DNA of 64,000 nucleotides from Batkoa obscura (Eukaryota). Positions 36,269-48,453 of the stretch are shown piece after piece; position 1 is the stretch's first letter, and each line of letters begins with the position of its first letter. A program made the translations under genes and the position numbers. Location: NCBI GenBank assembly GCA_030770535.1, contig JASVEC010000018.1:310001-374000 (forward strand), given 5' to 3'. The notes beneath the pieces are model-generated. The model had not been told where the DNA came from. It saw nothing but the letters and a program-made list of their open reading frames with translations, and searched no databases.

Positions 36269-37037
36269 ATTAAACTTTATTTTAAAACAAATATTATGAG
36301 TTAAATGTAATTACTTAATTTACCAAAAATTTATATTCTATTATTATTTTAATGAAATTCAAAGCTTTTTATCGTACTTTTTTGCTTCTAGAGTTATAAA
36401 ACAAGTTTTTTAAATTTTATAGTTATTTTATACGCCATTGTTATTATTATAAAAATATTTTAAAAAATAAGAATTTATTAAACCCAGTTTAAATCTAAAA
36501 CTCCAATACATCTGAGTTTAAAAAACCCCTTTGCTTTAGACAACTAACTAATCCCATAAACATAAAAACTTTATCTCTTCACTAAGGAGAAATTACCGAA
36601 AATAGTAAACTTTTATCGTCCAACGTATTTTCTTTTGTCCTGATAATAGACTTATTATAATAATAAGTTTATTGCTGAAAGTACTAAGAAGGAGTGGAAA
36701 CGAATGACGGATAATGTTCTATATTTTCAATGGAATTAATTATTCTATATTACGGCTCACATTTTGAAAATTATAAATTTGAAACTCTTATAATATTTGA
36801 ATTCAAAGATTTGAAGTTAAATATTAAACAATAAAATTTTAAGTTTTGCATGTGCGTACAAAGTAGTATATGCGTCTGTATTGTAAGTTCACTTAATAGT
36901 AGTACCCTTGCTAATAGAGACTGAAAATTCAGTATTAGCAATATTAAAATTCAAGTTCTAATACAAATGAATTCTATTAACTGTTTCAATTCCAATCGAT
37001 ATATGAAAATACAAGCCAAAAAAACTTTGCTACTATA

Positions 37038-37125
37038 TAAGGATATATTTTCGAGTTTTACTAATAGCTTTTCCGTTCAAATAATGCTCAAAAAATAGAA
37101 AAAGTGATGAAGCCAAAAAAAATAT
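37038..37125 (+). mobile_element. MITE family copy (degraded)
   Basis: gaaaaagtgatgaagccaaaaaaa core. Confidence 0.6.
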
Positions 37126-37337
37126 TGCTAATATAGAAGATTGATTGCTTAAATTTTTAAATTACATTTTTTCAATAAATCTAAACTATGAAAGTAAAAG
37201 GTTATAACAGTATAGCTTTTACTTTAAGAGATATCCTGATATTTTATAAAAAATAGGATGTTGCAATTAAATAAATTGATAAAATATTTTATAGTTTAAT
37301 TAATTTAATTGAATTTAATAAATTTTATTTTAATATA

Positions 37338-37437
37338 TGAGAGTGTTTTTTCGGTTTCACTATTTTTTCTATCTTTTAAGCGCCATTTAAGCGGAAAATT
37401 TGTTAGTAAAATTCTCAAACACAAAAATATATTCCCA
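37338..37437 (-). mobile_element. ~100-bp MITE family copy
   Basis: Matches consensus. Confidence 0.8.
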
Positions 37438-37650
37438 ATATTAAATAAAAAATAATAACAATAAAAAACTTGTTTTTATAGAATTTTAAGCAGTTTTTAA
37501 CATAAAATATTTAAAGGTTGGATAAAAGAATGAAACAAAATTAGACATCTTTGATTAATATAAAATTGGTTAGTAAATGTACTAAATTTGAAATAGGCTT
37601 ATATTTTTATAATAGATTGAAAATATTTTAATAATTTAAATAGTTTTATT

Positions 37651-37748
37651 TGAGGATGTATTTTTGTATTTGAATTTTACTAACAAGTTTTCCACTCAAA
37701 TAGCGTTTAAAAGATCGAAAAAGTAATGAAGCCACAAAAACATCCTCA
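37651..37748 (+). mobile_element. ~100-bp MITE family copy
   Basis: TGAGGATG...CATCCTCA. Confidence 0.85.
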
Positions 37749-38046
37749 TTTTATTACTTATATCAACTACAACCTTTATAATGATATTTATTATTGATTT
37801 TTAACACTAATAAATAATAAAGTAGTTTTCAAATTAATTTTATAATTAATTTTATGCACTGCTGTTTGCCAAAATTATTAAAATATGAGAAACCAATTTA
37901 ATATTATTAACTAAATATCAAATGATAGAATATAAATAAAACAATATTAACATTGTAAATAAATAATAAATAATAAATAACAATAATATAAATTTATTGT
38001 AAAGATAGGTGTATAATTTGAATATGACTCATAAAAATCTTTCAAC

Positions 38047-41000
38047 TTAAGCAAATCTTATTTTAAGTGTAATAATTTGAAACGGTTTAAACTTAAGTTG
38101 GATTCCTTTATCTTTTAAATGTTCGATAATATTTAAAGGCATCACATCATCTTCCAAAATATTAGAAAGTTGAACATCAATTACTGGAATATTAATAATA
38201 AGTAAAGGATTACTATGAGCCCCAGCTGATTCATAAAATCTCAAAATAACAGCATTATTATCATCTTCTGCAATTTTGACCGTTTCTAAAATAACACTAT
38301 CCGTTGTATCAAATTTATTAGGTTTTAATTGAAATAAATGAATATTTTGATTGTTGCTAAATATTTCCATATTGGATTTACTTTTATGTGCTTTTAAAGG
38401 TGAGTTAAATGCATGTGCATATTTTGGTACATTAGCATCTGAGAAGGTACCGCCATGAGGATATAAAGTATACTTAAATTGATGGTTACCAATATCGCAA
38501 TATTTATCAGGTGACTTTGGACTACGAATTAAAGATAATCTCATTGTTGAACCGTGAGTTGCAAACCCATATTTACTATCATTAATAACTGATAATCCAT
38601 AACCAGTTTCTTGTAATGTAGCGAATTTATGTGAACACACTTCAAATTTAGCTAAATCCCAACTAGTATTAAAATGAGTTGGTCTTCGTATAATCCCAAA
38701 TTGAGTTTCATAGATAGCATGGTCCGATCTTAAATTGGTATTAAATTCTACTTTTAAAAATTTACGATTTTCATTCCAAAATACATTTGTATCAAATTCA
38801 ATCATTTTAGATGTTGCTGTTAATTTGATAATTTGTTTCATAGAAGAATTGTTACTCAATTTATAATCTACTAATATAGAACTAACCAATGGTCCTTGGT
38901 CTTCAATATTTATTAAATGTCCATGACATAAATCATATTTTTCTAAATGATATACTTCTGCGTCCCACGCATCCCAATATAATGGTACATCTTCATATAT
39001 TTTAAATAAATTAGCTAATTTACCTTCTTCAATAACTTCTCGATTATGCACAAGATCGAGTAAACTAATAATTTGTCCAGTAGAATTGATAATTACTTTG
39101 ATATATCGATTACGTAAGATATAAGTACCATTGGACGCAATGTATTCTAAACTAACTTTATCTTCTTCTTTAGTTGCTTCAATAGTAACAGAATCCGATA
39201 AAGTTAATGGTGCAGCTTTGTCAACTTCAACATAACCAAATTGTTTATTTTTAGATATTTGCATGCCGGGTTTAATATCCTTTTCATTTTCTAATGGGAT
39301 AGTAACAATTTCAGAACGGTCCCAAGCGGATGGATTTAATATTTTATAATCAAAAGTATCAAATTCGTTGGAATCACCTAATATAACTTTAGCTGCTTTT
39401 TTAATCAATTCCTTTCCTTTTTTATCTACTTCTTCATAAAATTTAATAGCATCTTCATAAACTAATCCAATTGAGGAGCCTGGTAAAACATCATGAAATT
39501 GATTTAAACAAACTAATTTCCAAAGATGGGTTAATTCTTCGTGAGGATATTGAGAATTTGCTTTGACTCTAGCTAATGTCCAAAACAACTCTACTTCTCT
39601 TAATAAAAATTCACAATATCGATTATATTTTTTAATAATAGCATGGGAGGTATATGTACCACGATGCAATTCTAAATAGAGCTCACCATCCCATTCAGGT
39701 AGTTCGTTGACTTCATCTAAATTGGCAATTTCATCATAAAATTCTAAGGCATTTCCCATTTTTACTTTAGGTAATCCTTCTACATTTTTGAGTCGGTTCA
39801 TTCTTTCGATCATTGATGGTAAAGGTCCACCTCCGCCATCTCCATTACCAAATAAATATAGACCTTGATTAGCAATGGCTTTATCTTTATTATTTGATAC
39901 TGAATATAAAATCTCTTCAATGTTTACTTGTGCATTGTAAGTATCACCTGGAGCCATATGAGCTAATACTCTAGTACCATCAATACCTTTCCAAAAGAAA
40001 GTAGTATGTGGAAATTTATTGATATTATTCCACGATAATTTTTGAGTAAAAAAATAATCCATTTTAGCTTCTTTAATAATTTGAGGTAATTGAGCAGAAT
40101 AACCAAAGGTATCAGGTAGCCAAAAAATTCGACATCTTTTACCAAATTCTTTTTCAAAATATCGTTGTCCTAATAAGAACTGTCGACAAAATCCTTCTCC
40201 AGAAGGTATATTACAATCCATTTCTACCCAAGTACCACCAATTGGTAAAAATTGTTTTTTTTCTACCTTTTCACAAACTCTTTTAAATAAAGTTGGATAA
40301 AGTTGTTGTAGCCATTCAAATTGTTGAGCTTGAGAACAGACAAAAGTAAATTCAGGATATTTTTCCATTAATTGAAGTTGAGTGGACCATGATCTAGCTA
40401 CTTTACGTTTAGTTTCATCATAAGGCCAAAGCCAAGCAGTATCAATATGACAATGACCAACTGCAACAAGAGTATGATTATTAATCGGACCAGTAGAACT
40501 TAAAAAGGCAGAAGATAATTCAAAACATTCCTTCAAACTATCTTCATTTCTTTCTTCCCTTTGAAATGTATTCATAATTTTATTAGCTACAAATAAAGCT
40601 CTTTCCTGACGATATGATTTCTCTGGTAGTTTTTTTGCCATATCTCGAATCAATTGAAAATCATAAAAAACCTTAAAAGCCATTTTATTAGGTATAGCTA
40701 ACTCGGCCATTCGAATTGGATATTCTCTTTCTTCTGGTGGGCCAATTAAATAAGGCCCAGTACCAAACAATCCATTACACGCCATTTCTAAATAAAATTC
40801 AAAGACTTCTCCTCCTTTACAAGATTCAGTTAACACATACTCTAACCTCTGATTTCCTCCCCCTTCCCCTGTTAATGCTTGAATAGGATCTCCATCAGTA
40901 GAATAAATTAATACTTCTGAATCCGAGTTCCAACGGAATTGCACTTCTTCTCCTTTCCAATCTTCAGGTACCCTAGCTGTAATATGAAACCAATGAGTTG

Positions 41001-41324
41001 CCTTTATAAAAAAAGCATTAAAATCATATAAAATTTAAATAATAAATTCAATCTTACCCAACTAGGACCAAATTTTCTACCTACGTCCGTTTCAGCAAAG
41101 ATATTTTTAATGGCTTCTGAAAATGGAATACGATTTAAATTAGGTACTGGATAATGTTTTATTTGAATGTGTCCTTTTCCGGAGATTTTGGATTTGTATA
41201 AATAAGGGATTAAGCTAACATCCGTAAATTGATTTCCATCGGATAAAAATAAATCCAATCGGGATTTTGTGATTGAGGCATGCTTATGCATCTTTCCAAC
41301 GTTCTTTACACTTTCCTGATACAT
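38047..41324 (-). CDS. AMS1: GH38 alpha-mannosidase (Ams1/MAN2C1 type), 2 exons
   Basis: GHCHIDTAWLWP, WLPDTFGY, NQFHDVLPGS; intron 41002..41057 gives FGPSW|ATHWF. Confidence 0.95.
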
Positions 41325-41690
41325 CTTTCAATTGAAAAATTAGTTTTTGAAAAATGCAAGTTTTGAAATTTTATTCAGTAGAATAATGACGTAGGATTTA
41401 AATTGACATCATTAATTATTAGGGTCATTTGGGGGTGACTTTAAAACTTAAAAGTTGATATTCTTTTTAAATTTATGTGGAAAGGAACAATTTTAGTTTT
41501 AAAGCAATAATTGCTTTCCTTTGGGCAATAATCTTCGCTATAATAATGCCCAAAATATAAAATAAAGATAAAATAAATAGTATTGAATTTAAATAATATA
41601 TTTTTATTGGTGTAATTGTTTGTTATATATTATTATAAAACAATTCAACCTAATCTTTATAATTAATTAATATGCCTTTAATAAACAATA

Positions 41691-41789
41691 TGAGAGTGTT
41701 TTTTTGGTATCATTATTTTTTATATCTTTCAAGCACTATTAAGTGGAAAATTTGTTAATAAAATTCTTAAGCACAAAAATACATCCTCA
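41691..41789 (-). mobile_element. ~100-bp MITE family copy
   Basis: TA|TGAGAGTG...CATCCTCA|TA. Confidence 0.85.
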
Positions 41790-43767
41790 TATTATTTATT
41801 ATAAAAAAACAAAAACGATTTTTTATAATGAATAGCTTTTTCTGATAATGAAATTTTGTTTAAATTATTATAATTATATATATAAGGCAAAGTAAAATAA
41901 ACTTTTTATAAAAATTAGTATTTAGTAGCTAAAACTAAAAGCAGTTTAATTAATTGACTATAAATTAAAAGACCTTAGTTTATATAACTAAGATAAACTT
42001 AAATCAATAAGGATAGTTTACAATAAGCTATAAAATAAATAAAACAGAAAACATCACTATAAAATATTGCAAAACTTAATAATTTTATTAAAAAGTATAA
42101 TATTTTAATATTTTAAAAGCTTTAAGCTATTGTATTAAGAAAAAATTATATTTTAACTAGATGACTGTGTATAAAAAACATAGCAGTTATTTTTTATTGT
42201 GATCACTAAATATAAACATTAAAATATAAAAATGGTGTTTTTTGTAATTAAGTGGGAAAGTTTTTTATACCAAAGCTAAATAAAAACTCTGAATTAATTA
42301 TACTTGAATTTAAAAATATAATAACTCTTAATAATAAAATTACCTGAAGCTACTTAAATTTATTATATAAATTACAATTAAGTTAATTATAAAATTGTAA
42401 CTAATTTTATAAACACTTTAAGTGGTTATTATGTAATTAAATATAAATGTAGTAAAGCAATATTTCAAACTTTATAATTTTATTTGATATTAGTTAATTT
42501 ATTACAAAATTAACTAATAGGCTGTAAAACTATAATAGTGAGTATAACTAATTAAAAAAATAATCTCAGTCAATAGTTAATTTAGGTTATAAAAAAATAA
42601 AAACTCTAATAAAAATCAGGTATTATAAACAATAATTTAGTGTGGTAATCTAAAATTATAAAATAAAATAAGTTTAAAAACAAAGCAATCTATTAATAAT
42701 AAACATAAGGCACTATTTAACTATAATAAAGGTATCATAAAATAATATAAATATAAATATAAATATAAATGCATATTTATAAAAAAAGCAATAACATAGC
42801 TAGAAATAAAACAATTGTAAATATAATAGATAAAAATAAAATTATTATAAATTATTTGAGTTTAAAAAAGATAAAACAAGGCGAGTTTATAGTTTTAAAG
42901 TATTTTATAGTACTTTTATATCTTTTGATTTGAACTTGAGTTAAAAAATTTTAAAGCTTAAACATTCAAGGTTTAGTGTTTTTTATTACTGCTTACATTT
43001 GACATCTTAATTATTTATTAAAAATCTATAGTGCTTTTAAAAAGCTATTATAACTAAGAAATTGTTTAAATTTAAAAACAAACATACTCTAAATTTCAAA
43101 AAATATGATAATATTAGATTACCTTTTTGTTAGACTGCTATTTTAATATTTGAAAATTACAAGACTTTATTTTATTCCCAAAGATAATCTGATAAAGTAT
43201 TTATATTAATGTGTCTAAAAAGATATTGAAACAGTTCAAGTATATTAGTGAGGTTGATTTACCATTATATATATATCTTTGATTGCGTTTACTATGGACG
43301 GCGAAAGCAATATCATTTATGCTTTTAGTGCTTCCGTTACTAATGATCTTTGGCATTAATAATAAATCTAAATATTTTTTTAAACATTTTTTTAAACATA
43401 ATACTATGAGATACATCTTTTAGAACTTTTCGACTCATTTTTTGGTTCAAAGTTGTATAGAGACGATAACATTATCATAGCTATAGTCTCAACAATATAT
43501 ATTAGGTCCAGATGTAAAGTAAATATTCTAAATTGTTGCTTGGTTTGTCTATCCTGTCACTTTTTCTATCTAAACTGTAGCCGCTTTTCAATCATTGTAT
43601 ATCTGAATTTAATAACTAAATATTTATAATAAAAATTAAAGACGCTGAACAAGATTGAATAAAAACAAAACACCAATAGGTTTAAAATTTATTAGATATT
43701 TAATTATTAGAATAAAAACACTATACTATTTAATATTTCTTACACTATATCTTTAGTTTTTGATTAC

Positions 43768-45198
43768 CTATTCCCTTACATTTTCAGATAATCTTTCAGT
43801 TACATCTTTTGGCAATATAGTATCGGGTTCAAAGATACTCCCTTTAAACATACAACAACTATCACATAGAGAAACATATTTTCTAGCATGTTTGAAGTAA
43901 TGCTCACAATGCTGACCATCCCCAATTTTGTTTTGGACTTTTATTATATTCTTAATAACATCTGAATTTTCACCATGTGCTAATTTATTGACTCCAGATT
44001 TTAAGGCATTGAAAAATAATTCAATTGGGCTTAAGAACACTGAATATTCAGGTAATTTTAATATAAATGAAAACGAAGATCTAATGGCTTCTTTTAGCTG
44101 ATTAGAAATGGCGTGAGTATTTGTACTGTTAAACACATAGACAATCTGTTTATGTCTATTTTTCGAATATAAGTCATACATAAAGTAATCAAAATCTTCT
44201 TGGTTACTGGTGTTGGTTTTTGTCTTATCAACTATTCTATAACTTACAATCCCAAATTCTGATATAGCCCCAATATAATTAACGCTTTTAAGGGTTGATC
44301 CTGGCGTCAAAATAATTCTCTGTCCTTCAGATCCATCTTCATTTTGATTAATAGTATGACGATTAAAATAAACCTCATCAATATAAATAAATTCGCGCGG
44401 CAGTAATCTTTTGTATTCTTCAGCATATCGTTTTCTTTTTAAAATCATTTCCTTGTCATTCCATATGTTTCGAATTTGAGCTCCTTGCTTATAAGTAATA
44501 TCCAGCTTATTTTTAATATTACATATTGTAGTTTTGGATATATCTATCTGCTTTTTTAATAAAAAGTCCCTTATGTGTTTTATCATGGTATCATGATTTC
44601 TTGATATATAATCATAGATAAGGTCGGTAGTTTCTTCATTTACTTTTTTATAATTACCATATTTCCTTAAATCACCAAGATCAAGATTAAGAGCCATCTT
44701 CTTCTTTTTTCTATAGACCCTTGCTATAAAAGCCTCATACTTTATATTTAACAAGTCGGCACCAAGTTTAGACGAAATCTTCCCATCCAAAACGTTTTCA
44801 AAAATCAAGTCGGCGTTGATTTTCTTAGCTAATTTATCATCTGGCTCTTCTGCTTTCTTTTTACGCTTTGATAACTTTACTTTTCCTAATCTAGATGATT
44901 TATTAAATTCAATCATCTCTTTATTGATATCAGTTATCATTCTCTTCAGCTTATTGTACTTTTCTTCAAGTTCAGGATTTGTACTAAATAGCCTCAAAGT
45001 CTCAGATTTAGTAAGAACACTAGTGCTATCTCCATTATATAACTTTAATTCGCTAATATCCCCTCTACTTATGACAACTAACTCATTACCTGGAATGCTA
45101 CATTCGTTATTTCTATTATCAAATTGATTCCCATCATTTAACTGGCTATTATCTTCAACTTCGTTAACATTGTCAATAAGCTTCCTAATTTCATCCAT
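43768..45198 (-). CDS. IS630/Tc1-mariner transposase-derived protein, second catalytic Asp replaced by Asn
   Basis: HTH regions, FIYIDEVYFN, VYVFNSTNTH (normally DNAxxH), LPEYSVFLSPIE (normally LPxYSPxLNPIE). Confidence 0.85.
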   Translation of the reverse strand: MDEIRKLIDNVNEVEDNSQLNDGNQFDNRNNECSIPGNELVVISRGDISELKLYNGDSTSVLTKSETLRLFSTNPELEEKYNKLKRMITDINKEMIEFNKSSRLGKVKLSKRKKKAEEPDDKLAKKINADLIFENVLDGKISSKLGADLLNIKYEAFIARVYRKKKKMALNLDLGDLRKYGNYKKVNEETTDLIYDYISRNHDTMIKHIRDFLLKKQIDISKTTICNIKNKLDITYKQGAQIRNIWNDKEMILKRKRYAEEYKRLLPREFIYIDEVYFNRHTINQNEDGSEGQRIILTPGSTLKSVNYIGAISEFGIVSYRIVDKTKTNTSNQEDFDYFMYDLYSKNRHKQIVYVFNSTNTHAISNQLKEAIRSSFSFILKLPEYSVFLSPIELFFNALKSGVNKLAHGENSDVIKNIIKVQNKIGDGQHCEHYFKHARKYVSLCDSCCMFKGSIFEPDTILPKDVTERLSENVRE

Positions 45199-45264
45199 TA
45201 TAAACTTAAAAAATAAAAGGATTTTTTATTTATTTTCCGAATATAATATTTGAATCGATAGAGA

Positions 45265-45310
45265 ACTATTTAAATTACGTAATCGTTGCATTTAAATGAA
45301 GCAAATGATC
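45265..45310. promoter_or_regulatory. Conserved upstream motif ATTTAAAT-TACGTAA-N7-ATTTAAAT of transposase-like gene 1
   Basis: Near-identical block at 49971..50015 upstream of the paralog. Confidence 0.6.
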
Positions 45311-45876
45311 TGTTAAAATATTAGCTTTAACCCAAACGAAATTTGCAATAAGATTTCGAATTAAATGAATTGCATGTAAAGATAACAATTTCATTACTCA
45401 CTCACCTATAAAGATTGAAGGTTTAGGACTAGGTGTGAAATTCTATCAGGTCTTTAGAACTTTAAAGCTTACTAATATGTTTGGCTGATAAAAGGAAGCC
45501 AAAAGAATTCTAACCAAGGAATATACATTATCAATTAAAAGTATATGCACTGTAATCTAGAATTTAGAAAAATGAGTTTATAAATAAAAAGACTTATTAA
45601 TAACGTATATGAAGTATCACCTAGCTATAAAGATATACTGGGTAGTAGCAAAAGTATCAAAGCATACTTATAAGAGGTAGTAATATGACTGAAAATGGAA
45701 CAATATTTAAATACTCAACAAAATTCCACTATAAAACAATTTAATTTTTAGCTTAAATATGTTTTTACATTAATTGTTTACCTAATTTTAATTGTTTATT
45801 GAAAAAATTTATGTTAAAAGTGTAGTAACCATAGTTTTCTCAGAGGTAATTTGTTGAAATAGTGTAATACTTTATA

Positions 45877-45973
45877 TGGAGATGTATTTTTGTGTTTAGA
45901 AGTTTTACTAACAATCTTTCCACTCAAATAGTGCTTAAAAGATAGAAAAAGTGATGAAGACAAAACACTCCTA
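45877..45973 (+). mobile_element. ~100-bp MITE family copy
   Basis: TA|TGGAGATG...CACTCCTA|TA. Confidence 0.85.
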
Positions 45974-48453
45974 TATGTTTAAGTTTAAGTTCAAATTTAA
46001 TTATTCAGATTTTAGCTTAAGTTTTTATTTGGAGTTACTTCGTTTGAAAATAATAATTCAACAATAGAACTTGATTAGGAAATTGAAGGGCGGCATGCAG
46101 CGGTAAACCTACGTAAAAAACATGTGTAACAAATGAGCTAGAACTTTGTCACTAAAAGCTCAAACCTAGTCAAGCCCAATGTTAAATAAACCCTTATAAT
46201 TTTATTTGAAATTAATTAATCCAATTAATATTAATTAAATGAGTAGTTTAATCGCAATTGATGGTAGGAATTAGTTAAAGAAGTAGGTTCATTAATAGTT
46301 TATTTGGCCAACAAAAAGAAGCCTAAGGTGTTCTAATTAAGAATACAAATAGTAGAGTTAAAGACATAAAAGATAAAGCTAAAAAAGCAGAAATTTAGAG
46401 ATAGCAAAATGAGTCTAAAAATAAAAAAGACGTCTTAATAGTGGATACAAAACACATCCTTTCTATAATGAGGCACTCGAGAAGGATAAAAGTATTAATG
46501 CACACTTACAAGGAAGTAGAAACATGGTTAGATATGAAACAACTACATACACAATAAATAAAAATGGGCTTATCACAAGATCATTTGAGTTTATAGTTTT
46601 GAAGTGTCTTTTAATACTTTAAAATATCTCGATTTATACTTAGGTCAAGATATATTAGAATCAAAATATCAAAAGTTTGGGCTTACTATCGTTAGTACTA
46701 CTTAAGATCTTATTTATTATGAAAAATCCCAGAACGCCACCACCAAAAGGTTACCATGGTTAAGGAAGGTTTTGAGTTTAGAGATACATATACTTTAAAT
46801 CTTAAAAAACACGATAATAGTATGGTAACTTTTTATTGGAGTTATAATTTGTTAGAAACAAGTAGACTTAGTTTCCAAAAACAACTGTTATTTGAATGAA
46901 ATATTTAAAATTTTGAAAAAATACTTTAAGATAGTTTAAGTATACTGATGAAGTCGATTTACTTGTCTACTTTGTATCTTTAGCTACCCTTATTATAGAT
47001 ATTGAGACTAAATCTTCTCTAGCTACTACTTTTATTAATTAATTTTAATAACTTATCTATATATTAACTTTTGTATGTATTAAAAACAGACGCGATAACT
47101 TACATTTAGTTTCAAATTCTTTCAATTCTCTTTCTTAACATTATCATACCAACTTTATAGCTTATCATCATAAGGGAAGTTTTCAAAGTTTGAAGTTATG
47201 CAACTAAATGGTTTCTCCTCTTTACTGTTTTTGAATTATTTAATACAATCGTTGAAGTAAACAACAATATTTACAGATCATATTCATCAACAGTTATATG
47301 CTGATTTACCACATTCGTTGAAAATAAATGAAATTTGAACCCTAAAATCAAATAACACTTATTATTAAACATATCCCAATCAGCCACATATTTACTTCTT
47401 TCCCATCTAGACTCTGTCGTTTTATTCTAATGATCGATTAAGTAAATACAAAATACTAGTTTATTACAAATGGTTTTATTGTTTAGCTTAATGGCCGAAT
47501 ATTTATTGGTATTAATGAGGCAAATGATTTCCCATGTTGTAGAAAAAGTCAGAGATTACACTTTTTTAGCTTCAAAACAGTGGTGATTGAAATGCTCCAA
47601 AATTCTCCTGATCTGATGCCTGCCTTGCTAGTGTATTTCGCTCCCTTATCTTTTCTAAGTTGAATTGTTTTTCGCTAAAGACAGTTGTTTTTATTGTGTA
47701 AATTTTGGCTTTAGTTTGATTCTCGCGATTGTTAACAGGTATCAAAGCTGTTGTATCTGCTTCCTTACAACTTTATTGTAGGCTAGTGGGGTCACTAATT
47801 CATTTGTCATTTTTATAGTTAGTCTTAAGTTTACTTGGCTTATCTTATATACTCTTTTTTAGGGTTTCCTATTAGAAGTTTCAATTTCTTTATTTGTCGA
47901 TTTTTAAGTTGTACTATAAAGCTACTGCAATATAAGAATGGGTGTTATCAATTTTAGTGTTATGGAATTTGATAGTTGTGTTGTAATAGTAACATTTTAG
48001 TATTATTTCTAAAAAATAGTCACTATAGCACACCATTCAATATCTATATTTTATTATTACTAGGAAGAGTAATCTAAAGATAACTATTAAAAGGTAGATT
48101 AAATAATTCATAAAGTAATCTTATTATATATAAAGAGTAGTGATTAAATTATGCAAAAATAACTACTCCATTATACCTATAGCTTCAGCTCTTACAAATT
48201 GTGTTTAGAGTAAATTAAATACTTCAACTTGCCATTTGTTTTATTGATCTTGCTACTTGTTCTATTTGAATCTGCTCCTTTCTCAAGCATCATGTACCTA
48301 AGCTTTACAATTTAATATTGTAATAAGAAATCAAAAATGAAATGAAATGAAATAGAAACAAATAAAATTGATAACTTTAAAATTTAATAAACTCATTTAT
48401 TAATAAAGTATGAATAATCTTATACTAAATCTCACTCAGGTATTCATGCTTTG

